64,000 bases of DNA from Trichinella spiralis. Lineage: Eukaryota. Below, piece after piece: positions 11,872-24,111 of the stretch. The stretch spans positions 5,238,913-5,302,912 of the forward strand of contig NW_003526944.1 of the NCBI RefSeq assembly GCF_000181795.1. The letters are read 5' to 3'. How positions within the stretch are numbered: the first letter of the stretch is position 1; each line of letters starts with the position of its first letter. The position numbers were made by a program, and so were the translations under genes. The notes under the pieces were generated by a model that ran no database searches, was not told the origin of the DNA, and worked only from the letters and a program-made list of their open reading frames with translations.

Positions 11872-14870
11872 TTTCTTCCCAAAATCGATCTACTAAAAAC
11901 AGTAAAATAAAATCACAAAAAATAAATAATAAATAAAATATCAAAGTAAGGCAATGAACAGCTGACGAAAAACCGCGTTCTTCCTAAACAACATGTAAAA
12001 TGCGATAAAACCAAAAAACATGAATCTCACATATAAGAAATTTAAGATGGATATATCATTATGGAAAAGCAGATTCATCAAAAAGATATTTCATCAATAC
12101 ATGTCTAAAACAAAACAAACTGTAACCTTCGCCTGCAAACCAAAAAATATGAAAAGGACATGCTGAAAGTACCGAAAGAAATATAATCCCAGCGTGCTGC
12201 CGCTGTCAAAATAATAAAGAATTGAAGGAAAGGTAAAATACAATCAACAAACATCTAGGACAATCACACTGGACAACAGCGATCAAACAACAGCTACAAC
12301 CGACCAACTCACCTGCTCAACTGACCACTGCTGCCACAAGAACTACCAGCATGCAAAATTTAAAGATAAGTAGGTTCTATTAACTCTTGGATACTGTAAA
12401 TACTATAAACATGAAATTAACAGGGAAAATAAATTAAAATATTAAGAAAAATAAATAAATAATTATTTATAATGTATTGATTAGCATAAAAAATGTATAA
12501 ATTTAATTTATTCCATGAGCCCTTAATCGCATTATTTTCATAAATGTTCGTTAATAATTTAACGATATATTTCGCATAATTTAATGCTTAATTGCTGTAT
12601 TGTAATTTATAATTCAAATATTTGTAATTTTAAAAATTAATGATTATTTTAAGTATGCAAAAAATGTTAAATCAAAAAGATGAAGAAGTTACAAAAATGT
12701 TTTACAGTATTTGACAAGTTGGTGCAATAATTAAATTTATAAATAATTGGCAACTTACGCAAATCCAGACATGTTCAAATTGAAAATTTTTACATTTCAT
12801 ATAATATTAGGTTTGATTTTTCTTAGTTTAAGAATCTTTCAGAGTAACAAAAATTTCATTCCGCAAAAAATGTGATTCATGATTATTCTGTTTTCATTGA
12901 AATAATATTTTTGCTACATAGCCGAAGGTTATAAGTATAAAAATGTTTTAACAACAAATGCATTTCAACTTGGAAAAAATTGTTGTAAAAAAATCGAAGT
13001 AAATATAAATATGAATTGTTCATATAATTCAAATTACTTTTAAACAATTAGTCAAGCATAATTTTGAATGATTAGATAATGCTCAGGTGGTTGACGATAT
13101 GGCAGTTCACAATTTAATTGCACAGTTCACTAATATCTTGATTAAAATTTGTTTGTGTAAATTTTATTAGGTGCCGTTGACAGTGTGTAATTTGCCTTGA
13201 GAGAACACTGATGAAATTAGATATTTGTGTTTTCATAAGAAAGTTGGGTAAAAAAGTATTTGAAAAAATCGTTGACAAAGAGCAAAATGTGCAAAGCGTA
13301 AAATTTGAAAAAAATATCGAAAAAGGAAAACAGAAGGGTTAAGCATGAAGATAATTAATAGGATACACAGCATGGAAAATCTTCTTTTGATAATACAATA
13401 ATTTTCATATCTACGCATACCATTGATTAAAAATTACGAAATAGTATTAGTCAAAAGAAAAACAAATTTCAATTCGCAATTGAAATTTCAGTCAAAAGTT
13501 AAATAGATCTTCTCGAGCAATTATACTTAATTTTCATTTTCAAAAATTCGTAAACTCTCACTACAATGTTTTACGGTGAAAGAAAAATGAATTTTTATTG
13601 AATTAATTAATACATTGTAGTATTGTTTACGACGTAAAGTATAAACATTTAAATGAAATTTAATTGAAAAAGAAAAAATAATAATAAAGATAGAAACACA
13701 AAGAAAACGATGAAAAATGTAAAATCAATAAAAGTGAAATTTATGGTAAAAAGACAACAAATAAAAATAATACCTTGTTGCAAAGTTTGATGAAACTTTA
13801 TCATGTCACTGTAACAATATTTATTTAAGTTTTAAATGTCCGCTTTGGACCGATCGTTGTAACTAATTATGTATATAAATAAAGCACAATGTAAAATGAA
13901 GAATGTTTGTTTTTTGGGGGGAAAATAAAAATTTTTACAAAATAAATATTACATTTTCAAAATTGATAAAGAAAAATATTTAAATTGATTGAATTGAATG
14001 ATGAAAGCTAAAATTTAATTATATATATATGAAAATTATAAATAACAGTGAGTCTGGGTGTGATTGTTTACCGGCTGGCTGTTGGAGCTCTCAGAAAAGC
14101 GATTTGTCAATTTCAACCTGAGCGTCAATGTTTCATTTTTCTTCAAGAAAGGTAGACAATCCACTTTTCGCGTTTGGCCAACTTCATCGAACAAATTGGT
14201 TTTTGTGAAACAAGTTTCCACTAGTGAAATTGAATATCACCAATTCAGTTGAGGTTTTGGTCGAGAAGAAGCCGAATAAAAAGTTTCCATCTTATATTAT
14301 ATTTTATAATATGATTTATTTATTCATCATCATCATCATAATTTAATAATAATCATCATCTTCTTCTTCATATCCTTCAAATTTTGCTTTACCGTTGATT
14401 ACGTAACAACGGCCAACACACACTGCACAATTTGCATCCAATCGATGGCATCGTTTCAAAATGTGCTCTCATTGTTGACAGCTGACATGGCTCACGTTAG
14501 CTTGAAACGAAACACGTTTATTTTGTCTTTTTTCAACGTCATGCTTTTCAATATTATTCCACAACGTGCATACACGATTTATGCCACTATACCGCTTTCT
14601 GTATCTCGTACACGTAATTATTATATTTATCCATTCTTTTTTTCTTGACAATTACAAATATTAGTCGACATGGGCTTTTCAGTATGCTTTAAACGTAAGA
14701 ATGTAAAAAAGGTAATAATATTTAAAAATCAACGTTTCGTTTCTATCGTCGGTGCCAGGTGCGATTGGCAAATGTTTTACAGCCGAATCATAGCCAGGTT
14801 TTGTGTTGTTGTTACTTCTTTTATCTTGATTAAGCATAAAATGCCGTCGTCACTCTACAAACTCTGCTAT

Positions 14871-14872
<2 letters not shown>

Positions 14873-14908
<36 letters not shown>
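14873..14908. repeat. (CTG)12 microsatellite
   Basis: Perfect 12-copy CTG run read directly. Confidence 0.97.
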
Positions 14909-14911
<3 letters not shown>

Positions 14912-15566
14912 GTGATGCTGTTTCACAATTCTGGCTTTTCTGGGGCTTTTCTAACGATTATGGCATGGCCAGATGAACCAGTTTCAATTATATTCGTTCT
15001 TGTTCAATTTTAATTTTTTGTCTCCGTCTGCTTGCTAGTTGCTGTTACAATGTATGAATACGGTGGCAGTTGGTTGTTTGCATAATTCTGACTCTCCGAC
15101 AGCAGTGCTGCTTTGTTTCTCTTCACAGCTTTCTCTCTCCGGCTGCTATCGAACTAGCGCGTCAGCATGTTCCACAATTCTGCGGTTTAGAACAACACGA
15201 CGCGTCCGGGCAAATACTTTTCGTCTAGACAAAGTCTGGAAGGCGGTCGATCGATCGCCGCGACGTACTGACAAAAAAGTATCCATCTGAGCTCTAGCTG
15301 GCTTGGTAAATCGATGCCACCACACTTCAGCAAAGCGAGCTTTTCTCGCTTGGTGCTTGGCGTTTTCACATCCATCGTCATCAAACGCATCTCCTCTGCC
15401 TTTCGAACAGCTTTCAGTTTCATAGCAGACAGATCAGCAGCAGCAGCAGCAGCACAAGCACAAGCACGGCTTGTTGTTCTCTGCATGCCTGCTTTTTCAG
15501 TTCACTTCAACTGTTGAACTGACAATAACTCAAACCGCGATTCAAAGTGTTCACCGAAATTCCCTA

Positions 15567-15612
15567 CCCTTCCCCTCCCCACCCCTCCCCTCCTTTCCCC
15601 TCCCCTTCATCC
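15567..15612. repeat. C/T-rich polypyrimidine tract (G-runs on minus strand) ~170 bp upstream of the predicted DNMT3 start
   Basis: cccttcccctccccacccctcccctcctttcccctcccc read directly. Confidence 0.8.
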
Positions 15613-15780
15613 ACCTCTTACCCCTAACATCTGACAATCGTACATTACTTGTGATTCGTGTGAATCTTTCAAATTCTATTCTCAATCTGACTGATATTCA
15701 ATGCTTATTATTATTACTATTGTAGCTGCCAGTTTGAACTGTCAGGTAGGGTTGGCCGAATCGACGAGGCGTTGCAAAGT

Positions 15781-18700
15781 ATGGACAAACAGAACGGATC
15801 GTCAAAAAAATCTCAGAAAGACTTCAACAATTCGAACAAGCGTAACAGCAGAATCGGGGTCTGCACCGATCCGAACTGTACGCTGGTAAGTTGACTTGTT
15901 TTTTGTTGTTGATTTTTTGAAACTGTATTTTACAGTATCAATTAAATGATAATTAAGTTTTTTTCTTCCTTTATTCATTGAATTGATTCTATTGTCCATT
16001 TCAAGATTCAAAATTAAATCAAATCGAGAATTAAAAAAATATATGAAAAAAACCACTCTCAAATAGTTATTACAGACTTGTAAAAATCAAACGTAGCCGA
16101 GAATAGTTGCATTGATAAAAATTATTGGTTTGTAAAGTTTTACCATGTCAAGGATAAAGTTGTTTCGTTTTCAACTGTGTAAAAATATTGTATTAGCATT
16201 TTTACGGCTATGACAAAAATAGTTGTTGGCCAGTTTTCTCTCTGCTGAAGCTGAAAGTTTGTTCTCGTTTCCAATAGCAATCATTTTATTGATGAAAAGA
16301 AACGTCGACAACGAAATCGACTACCGACAACAATCATCACATAAAGCAAATTCAAATTATTTAGGTTAGCAACAATCACAGTGTAATGTTCTGCTGGTGT
16401 TGTTGTTATTTTTTAAATATACTTTTAATTTTAAAACTAAAATCGATATTTCTAAAAGTAGTTCTAAAAGATGAATTGATTTATTTTAATACATATATAT
16501 TTCATTTCCTTCCATTTCGACCACGAATTGATGTCGCCCAATAACGTTTATTTATGAACGTCTTTCTCATCTATCATTCACATTCGGAAATTGCCACAGC
16601 CATGATCAAATATTGTGATATCATTGAAACCTAGTTATGAGGCAGTTCAGCTGGCGTTGAATATTTAAACTCGAGGCAAATTTTTAAAAATTTTATTTAT
16701 TCAAATTGCACAGAGTAAAAATATTCCCTTCCCCCCCCCTTTCAAACAGCATTTCCAAAGCATCTGCTTCAACAACAACGTCATTAATGCAATGGAAATT
16801 AGCATCCCGCCTTTGATGTTTTTATTTTACAACACCTATCAATCTGCCATTACATCCGTTTTATTGTAACAAATTTATGCCTATCAGTTGCATCTTATTC
16901 TTCTGTTTTAACGAAATTTTATTCCAATCTAAATTTGCTACTCTAGTCAGCTGTTTTAAAAAAATTCATTTTTGAACAAGCCAAACAAAATGTGCAAATC
17001 AATATATCACAATAAGCAACAATTTTTTATCATTTGTCTTGAAATTAATAATTACCGTGCAATAATTGAACTATTTCACGTGTTTGCATGCTGAATAATT
17101 TGTTAACTCCATTCAAAATGAGATTCTGCACAATATTCTATTCAACTAATATTCTATTCATGTTGAAAAAGTACCTCTTCGGCTCTTAGCTAGTGTGTGA
17201 ATATAAATTTGTGAATAACGTTCAGCTTCAGTTGGTGAACATCATTTGTTAACTGAATAATCTATTTTGAATAATTGTTTTGAAGAATCTCAAAATTGAT
17301 TGCAGCTGCAAAGAATTTTACCAGATACATCTCATGTCTTATTTGAATATTCAACAAATAAATCTTGATGAAATATATAATCCATTGTGTTTGGCGCAGT
17401 ACGAACGTTATTTGTTAGTATTTCTTTTTATTCTTCGATGAATATTTCAATATTACCAATTGAAACTGCACATGTTTTCTTCAGCAGCTTTATTTTCAAA
17501 CTCATTTATTTAAATTTAATCTAACGGCTGCAATAAACTTAAAATTTACAATGATAAATGAATGCATTCATCGGTATTTGGATTTTTTGTTTAAACGACG
17601 CGCATTTATCCGATTGTAATCTACCCCAATTCAGCAGATATTTGTCGAAATGAAAAAAACAAATTGTTGTTTTCTTACACGCGGATGATTTTTCAAAGGG
17701 AAAAAGCAAATATTCTCAGCCAAGCAAAGCGAAATCGTCGTTTTTTTTGCACTTCTCATTTTATATTTTAAGAACTGAAATCATTAAAAAATTAAAATAA
17801 TCTGTTTTTCAAGAAAATCGGTGACATTGTTTGGGCACGTTTAACAACGAGATCGGTTTGGTGGCCCGGCGTTGTTGTCGACCCTCGAACATGTGGATAT
17901 GATTTGAACGAATCCGTCTGGGTGTACTGGATAGGTGATCAACGCATATCGGATGTTCGTTTTACATCATGCATATTTTTATTATATTGTCCAATTTATT
18001 CCGTTTTGTTCAACTCAGGTTCTACCAGAGAACACTGTATCGATAATGGACAATTTTGAAGGTCGTTATCGAATTCGTGGTTCGGCCAACTATCACAAAT
18101 CGGTTGAAGAAGCGTTGAAGGTAAATTGAATTGTAAAAATTATTTGTTCAATCAATTTATTTACGTTATTACTGTTGTAGCTGTTTTTCGAACAAAACGG
18201 CATCCCGCTTCCAACGAATGTCGTCACTGCCGCCTTGAATGGCTTTACAGGAAAACTTCGTGAGGATATTCATTATGCACTGCGCAGAAGTAACTAATTA
18301 TTAATTATTATAATTAGACTGATTAATCTTTTTTTTCTCCACTTTTCCTCAACTTGACACTAGTTGAACTGCTTTCACATTCAGATACTCATAAGATTTT
18401 GCCAATTCATATCCGTCAACGTCTGAGCGAAATCAACTCTCAGGTATCTTTGGAATCAGCGCAAATGAAAACTCTCAACCATCAACTGCCATCAGAATAT
18501 TCAACCAACTCACCAACTGCTACTACAACCTCTTCATTTTCTGAGGATTTCCTGAAGAGATGTAAAAATTGGCAAATTGTTCATGAAGCAATTGTTGTAT
18601 GATCTTTTGGTTGTTTTTTCTTTTACTTTCTGCAGATGTAAGTGATTCAGTCTCCAAATACAACTGCCTTCTTTGTTCATCAGGGAATCATCTTCTCTTG

Positions 18701-21700
18701 GACCACCCGTATTTTGATGGAAAAATCTGCGAAATTTGTCTGGTACAGATCTGCTTGTTTCTTTGCTGTATTTTCCTGTTTTCTAAGCTATAAATTCTCA
18801 AATTCGTGATTTTCTCTTTAAGACCGGCTATAAGGAAGGATATCACGTTGTCGATGATGATGGAAAAAAGGTTTGCATCTTATCTTATCTGACCTGATCT
18901 GATTTGGATAAAATATTACAATATTTTTGCATAAATTCAACCTGTTGTTAGGAAGTGTGCACACTTTGCGGACACACTGGCTCGTTGATTGTATGCGACT
19001 GTGCAGACTGTCCAAAGTTGGTTTCAATTGAAAAAATCTTTTCTTAATTACTTCATCTTGATCTTTTTTTACCCCAGTGTCTTCTGTTCAGCATGCATTG
19101 GAGAATTTGGCGGTAAAGACCTGTTGGATAAAGTAAAACCGATTTGGAAAGAATAAGTTGTGTTTGCCTTCTGATCACTATATACCGCTTTTAGATTATT
19201 GAAAAGGACCCCTGGTATTGCTTCATTTGTGCTATGGAAAAGCTGGGTCCGTTGAATCCTCAATCTGATTGGAAAAAACGACTCTCTTCATTATTCAACA
19301 ATGAAAATGTTCGAGATGTAAGATCAGGCCCATTGTCAAGGAAGGAGGGAGGGAGGGAGGGAGGGAGGGAGGGAGGGAGGGGGAGTTCAAGGAGTGACTC
19401 TAGTTCACTCTAAACTAAAATATTTTGTTCACTTGCTATCGCTAAAGTTACGCTACTTATATTTATTCTGCACGTGTTAATTTCATTAAATCTGTTTATT
19501 TTTGTTAAATTTCAGCAATGATTTATTAAACAACGCAGCTGTGCAAAGAGCATACACTTATTATTTAAACATACACATTACACCCATACTAAAATATACA
19601 CACATATAATACATATACATATGTATGTTTGCATGCGTGTGTGTGTGGATGTATGTATGTATGTGTGTATGTATGTAGAGCAAGCTAGAGGTTCAACAAA
19701 TGAACATAAAAAAACATACTGCATAATTTTCCATGAAATGGGAATAATAATGCATGGTTACCGATTTTTATCAGAAATTGCAAAAGAAGCTTATATGTGT
19801 TGCAACTTCAATTCATATTTATAAATACATACTTTTTTTTGTAATTCTTACAATAATCGTACAGAAAGCAAAATGAAAATAATTATTCTGGAAATATATA
19901 ACTGAAGAAAAAAATTTTCTTCAGAAGTTAACAAAGTTGCATCTGTGTGAAAGAAAAATGTAACTCTTCACTGAGGGATTGTTTAAAGTAGATGTTTAAA
20001 GTGTGCCTGAATTCGTACTAAGTTGTTCCATTTTCTAGGATATCGATTTGACATTATTTCCCAATGAAAAGCAGCCAATCCGCGTATTATCATTATTTGA
20101 TGGAATAGCTACAGGTATTTTTGTGTGAAAATAATATTTTGTGATATGAACTGATAATCTGATTTCAGAATAATCTGTTTATTGCTTGTTGAATCACACT
20201 TTACAAAAAAAATACTGACATAATGTACCCATGAATATTGACTAGTTTTATTGCTTTGACAGGAAAAATTGCACTGGATGAACTTGGCATTAATATAGAA
20301 ATTTACTACTCGTGTGAAATCGATCAAGAAGCGTTGCTAGTTACCAAAGTGAATCATGAAAACCAAATAGTTTACTTGGGCGACGTTCGAGGAATTACTC
20401 GTGAAAAAGTATAATTAAAGAATTTCAATCGTATTCTCTACGTTTTGAATTTATTTGTTATTTTTATTTTTAATAACAATTCTCCTACTGAAGAAATAAT
20501 GATTAAGGCTAGTTTCGAAGTTTCTTTCACATCATAGTGAAAGATAAATCTCAATTAATTGAATTTCTCTATTACTTTTAAATTTAAAGGTTAAACATTA
20601 TGTTTGAAAAAAAATAACTATTGCAGTTAGAAGAAATAAGCCCTATTGATCTACTGATCGGCGGCTCCCCATGCAACGACGTTAGCATTGCTAATCCAAA
20701 ACGACGTGGATTATATGGTTACAATAAGCAAACAATTCAACTGGATTTTGTTTCAACCATGCGATATTTCAGATCCTGAAGGAACAGGAATTCTATTCTT
20801 CGAATATTTCCGCATTTTACAAAATTTACTCTGCATCAATTCAAAATTGAATCGCAACTTATTTTGGCTTTTCGAAAATGTAGCCAGCATGCGGGACTGT
20901 TACAAAACAGTTATTGACCGTTTTCTCGGAGTAAGTTACAAAAGTAATGCATTTGAAAAAATGTCACTCACGTACATTTTGCACATGACTTTATACAGAG
21001 ACCACCCGCTTTGTATGATTCCCGTTTCTTTTCCGCACAGAATCGAGCACGCTACTTTTGGGGAAATATCCCAGGAATGTACAGGTAATAATTATTCTTC
21101 AAATTTTCAAAATAAATTCATAATTCTGCTAATGCTTCTTTGAAACAGGACTGACTTTATCGTAGAAGAAGACAAAGCGCCAGTTTTAGATGATATCCTA
21201 ACACCCAACTGCGGTCGAAAGTCTAAAGTATTTAACTCAGGGATGATGAGGCTATGTTTGAGTGGAGCATTCAAAATATGAGGGAGCCATTACTATGACT
21301 ATTACTAATGAAGCTTTTTCATTTTCTCATTATCAATCAAGTAATTAGCAAATTAGCAGGCACAGTTATAGGCTGTATAACTTCATTATAACTTCTTCAT
21401 TAGAGGAAAAGACAGTGAGGAGACTATTGTAAAACACTAATTCTGTAATCCCACACAAATGAAACACAACAGGTTTTATCTATTTGAAAGTTAACTTACA
21501 GTTATTCATAAATATGAATTGCTTAGATTTGATTTTACAGATGTCCAAAGTACGCACTATTACTACTCGAACAAACAGTTTAAAACAAGGTCGAACATTT
21601 TCTTTGTGTCCAATTGAAATGGACGGTCGTCCGGATACATTATGGATTACAGAAATAGAAAAGTAAAGAATAATGCCAATAAATTTAAATTCCCCAACAT

Positions 21701-21862
21701 ACCTATTTATGCAGGCTTTTTGGTTTACCGTCGCATTATACCGATGTTGGAGGTCTTCCGCCGGCGAAACGACAAAAACTGATCGGTCAAGGTTGGACCG
21801 TTTCAGTGGTAAAACATATTTTGCGACCGTTGCAGCAGCTGTTCGAACGCACCAACGCTTAG
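15781..21862 (+). CDS. DNMT3: De novo DNA cytosine-5 methyltransferase with PWWP, ADD and catalytic domains, 18 predicted coding exons
   Basis: Phase-consistent GT-AG model. Exon 1 15781-15885 (MDKQ..CTL) joins in frame to [30 protein letters not shown] (17814-17954). [47 protein letters not shown] (~18640-19317). MTase: [13 protein letters not shown] (motif I), [11 protein letters not shown] (IV), FWLFENV (VI), [12 protein letters not shown] (VIII), [10 protein letters not shown] (TRD loop), [17 protein letters not shown]. Stop TAG 21860-21862. Exon 1 is the least certain. Confidence 0.95.
19344..19384 (+). repeat. (GGGA)8 plus GGGGG tract in a DNMT3 intron, potential G-quadruplex
   Basis: Nine consecutive runs of 3 or more G with 1-nt loops, read directly. 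Confidence 0.9.
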
Positions 21863-22799
21863 AATTAATTGTTCATGCAGATACAAAATTTTGCAGATCT
21901 TCAAATGACAATATGCCAATTCTAGCATGCAGTGCTTAAAGAAAAAAATCAAGCCAAAAGCAAAAAACAAAACCAAAAACATTTGCATTACTCCATTAAC
22001 TCATGTATCTATTGATCACCTCATCACTGCGTATTTATTATCTCACCCACGTACTACTACTGCCCATGTATTATGCCTGCCTATCATTTGCTTATTGGTT
22101 CCCACTAATAATCATTGCCGTCTTCAAACATTATCATTGCCTCTACGAATGTCTCGTTCGGTATTAATTTGTTTAATGTTTGTTTATTTGTTTCTAATGT
22201 CTACCTTTTAATCTGTTTGCCGTTGCAATTTCTGCCGAAAAATTTCAGTTAGAAAAATACATCTCGTTCACGCTACAACTGACTGTGGCTGATAACTAGC
22301 CAATATTTTATACACATCAGTATGGTTTTCTTTTTTGTATCTTGTGAAAACTCATGTTTTCTGACTTACCACAGTTACCGGTTGTTTTTATTTAAAAATA
22401 ACGTGACTAATCAACTGCTATCAGAAGTTCAAATTACTTCATTTCTAACTTTCGGCCACTGCTGAATTTCTACCTTATTTTTAATTATGCTTAAATTACA
22501 GCGTGTAAGTCTAATTGTGATTCTTGCTTTTGATGATTATCAATGCTGTCGTAAATCGAATATTAAACCTTTCGATGGAATTTCAAATATTCTCAGCTGT
22601 TCAACACTTGCTAACTGTTTTTTTGATGAATATAAAAAGCTCTACGAACGCGATTTGAATCTCATTCGAAACTGTTGCTATACTATCACTTTTTCAAAAT
22701 CAATTCACACAATGGCTTAACCAAGAAAATTCCTAAATGGAAAATTCTTTTAATATATCTAATATTAATAAATAAATATTACAACGTTTTAAAAGAAAC

Positions 22800-23405
22800 C
22801 ATTGTGATCATTTAGATGCGCTAAACAAAGACTTCCAAGAAAGATTTCAACATGTTCTCAATATGAAGATTCCAAATTGGGTGACAGACCCATTTTTGAG
22901 CAATGATGAAACAAAAATGAAACTACAATAGGAATTTATTGAATTACAAACTAACGAAGAGTTAAAGCTCACGTTTAAAAACGGATATCATTCTTTCTGG
23001 TTGCAGGATAAAACTGCAGACATCTATTCTGGTTTATGGGCAGTGGTAAAAAAGTTCCTACCTGCTTTTCCATCGTCAAATGTAGTGGAACGTGGCTTTA
23101 GTGTGGTGATTGATCATGAAACGAAAAACAGGGACCGACTGCAAATCGCAAAAAGGGGCGGTTAAGACTGTTTCTTACTCACATAGAGTCCAATGTAGCC
23201 AGATTAGTCACAACGCACCAGGCCCAGCCTTCACATTAATCATTTTCTCGACATATAATTTTTTTTGCATGAACACTATATTGACATATATTTGAATAAA
23301 TAGTACAATTTAAAATGCGTCGTTTTTTGGCATCGATTTATAGAAGCGTCGATGAAATATATGCCTTCCAAGGGGCGATTGTCTGAAAAAGTTTGGGAAG
23401 CACTG
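22800..23405 (+). mobile_element. Decayed hAT-superfamily (Buster/Charlie-type) DNA transposon: 3' part of transposase plus 3' terminal inverted repeat
   Basis: 22800-23239 translates HLDALNKDFQERF..IPNWVTDPF..*EFIELQTNEELK..FWLQ..YSGLWAVVKKFLPAFPSSNVVERGFSVV..KNRDRLQI..(frameshift)LRLFLTHIESNVARL..HQAQPSH*, typical of the ZBED8/SCAND3-like hAT C-terminus. In-frame TAG at 22929 and frameshift near 23160. 23391-23405 is the reverse complement of CAGTGCTTCCCAAAC, a Charlie/Buster-like end. Confidence 0.88.
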
Positions 23406-24111
23406 AACTAATTCAACTAAACCAACAAAGCCAATAATGAACTTGAATGTCAAAATACTGTAGTGAATCACGCCTATTAATAACTTTCTCGTGCAGAAAA
23501 ATCACTACCATGGTATTTATAGTAAACTTAAAGAACGTATAGGTAACAAGATTTTTTAAAATGTGAAAATTATTTTCCCCTGCAACTAAAACCTTAAATG
23601 GAAAAAGTAATAAATCAACATGGCCTGTAAATATAAAAAAACCATGGGCTGGAAAAACAAAACTTTGCATGCCTGAAAAATTAACTGCTTAAACAGCTGA
23701 TTTCACTATTCTTATTTATTACATTTAGATTCATTCGTTTCAACATTAAACCTTTCTTAACAGAAAATAAGTTGAAAAAAGCAACGAAAAAACTTGAACA
23801 TTCATTTGTGAGCTATCTTTTGAATTTTTACATTTCAAAAACCAGCAGTAAATGGTTTCTGATTGCAATTTCCTTTATTGCATTTTGATGTGGTGAAATT
23901 TTATAATATATGATTTCAAAACAAATTGTGTTGCCGGTAGTTATTTCCATCAATGAACAATTCATTAATGCAAAAGCATGCACTCTCCCTGAAATATCAT
24001 ATAACATATATTACTATTTATTTTACCGTTATACCATATGTTCTGTTTCAGTTATATTTATTTCGTCTATGGAATAAATATTCTACGTTGAAATCTACAC
24101 AACCTTACAAC

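Noticed and set aside
14036..15725. Short ORFs including poly-Cys, poly-Ala and Pro-rich ones
   Set aside because: They are driven by CTG/CAG and C-rich repeats; no consistent spliced frame or recognisable domain.
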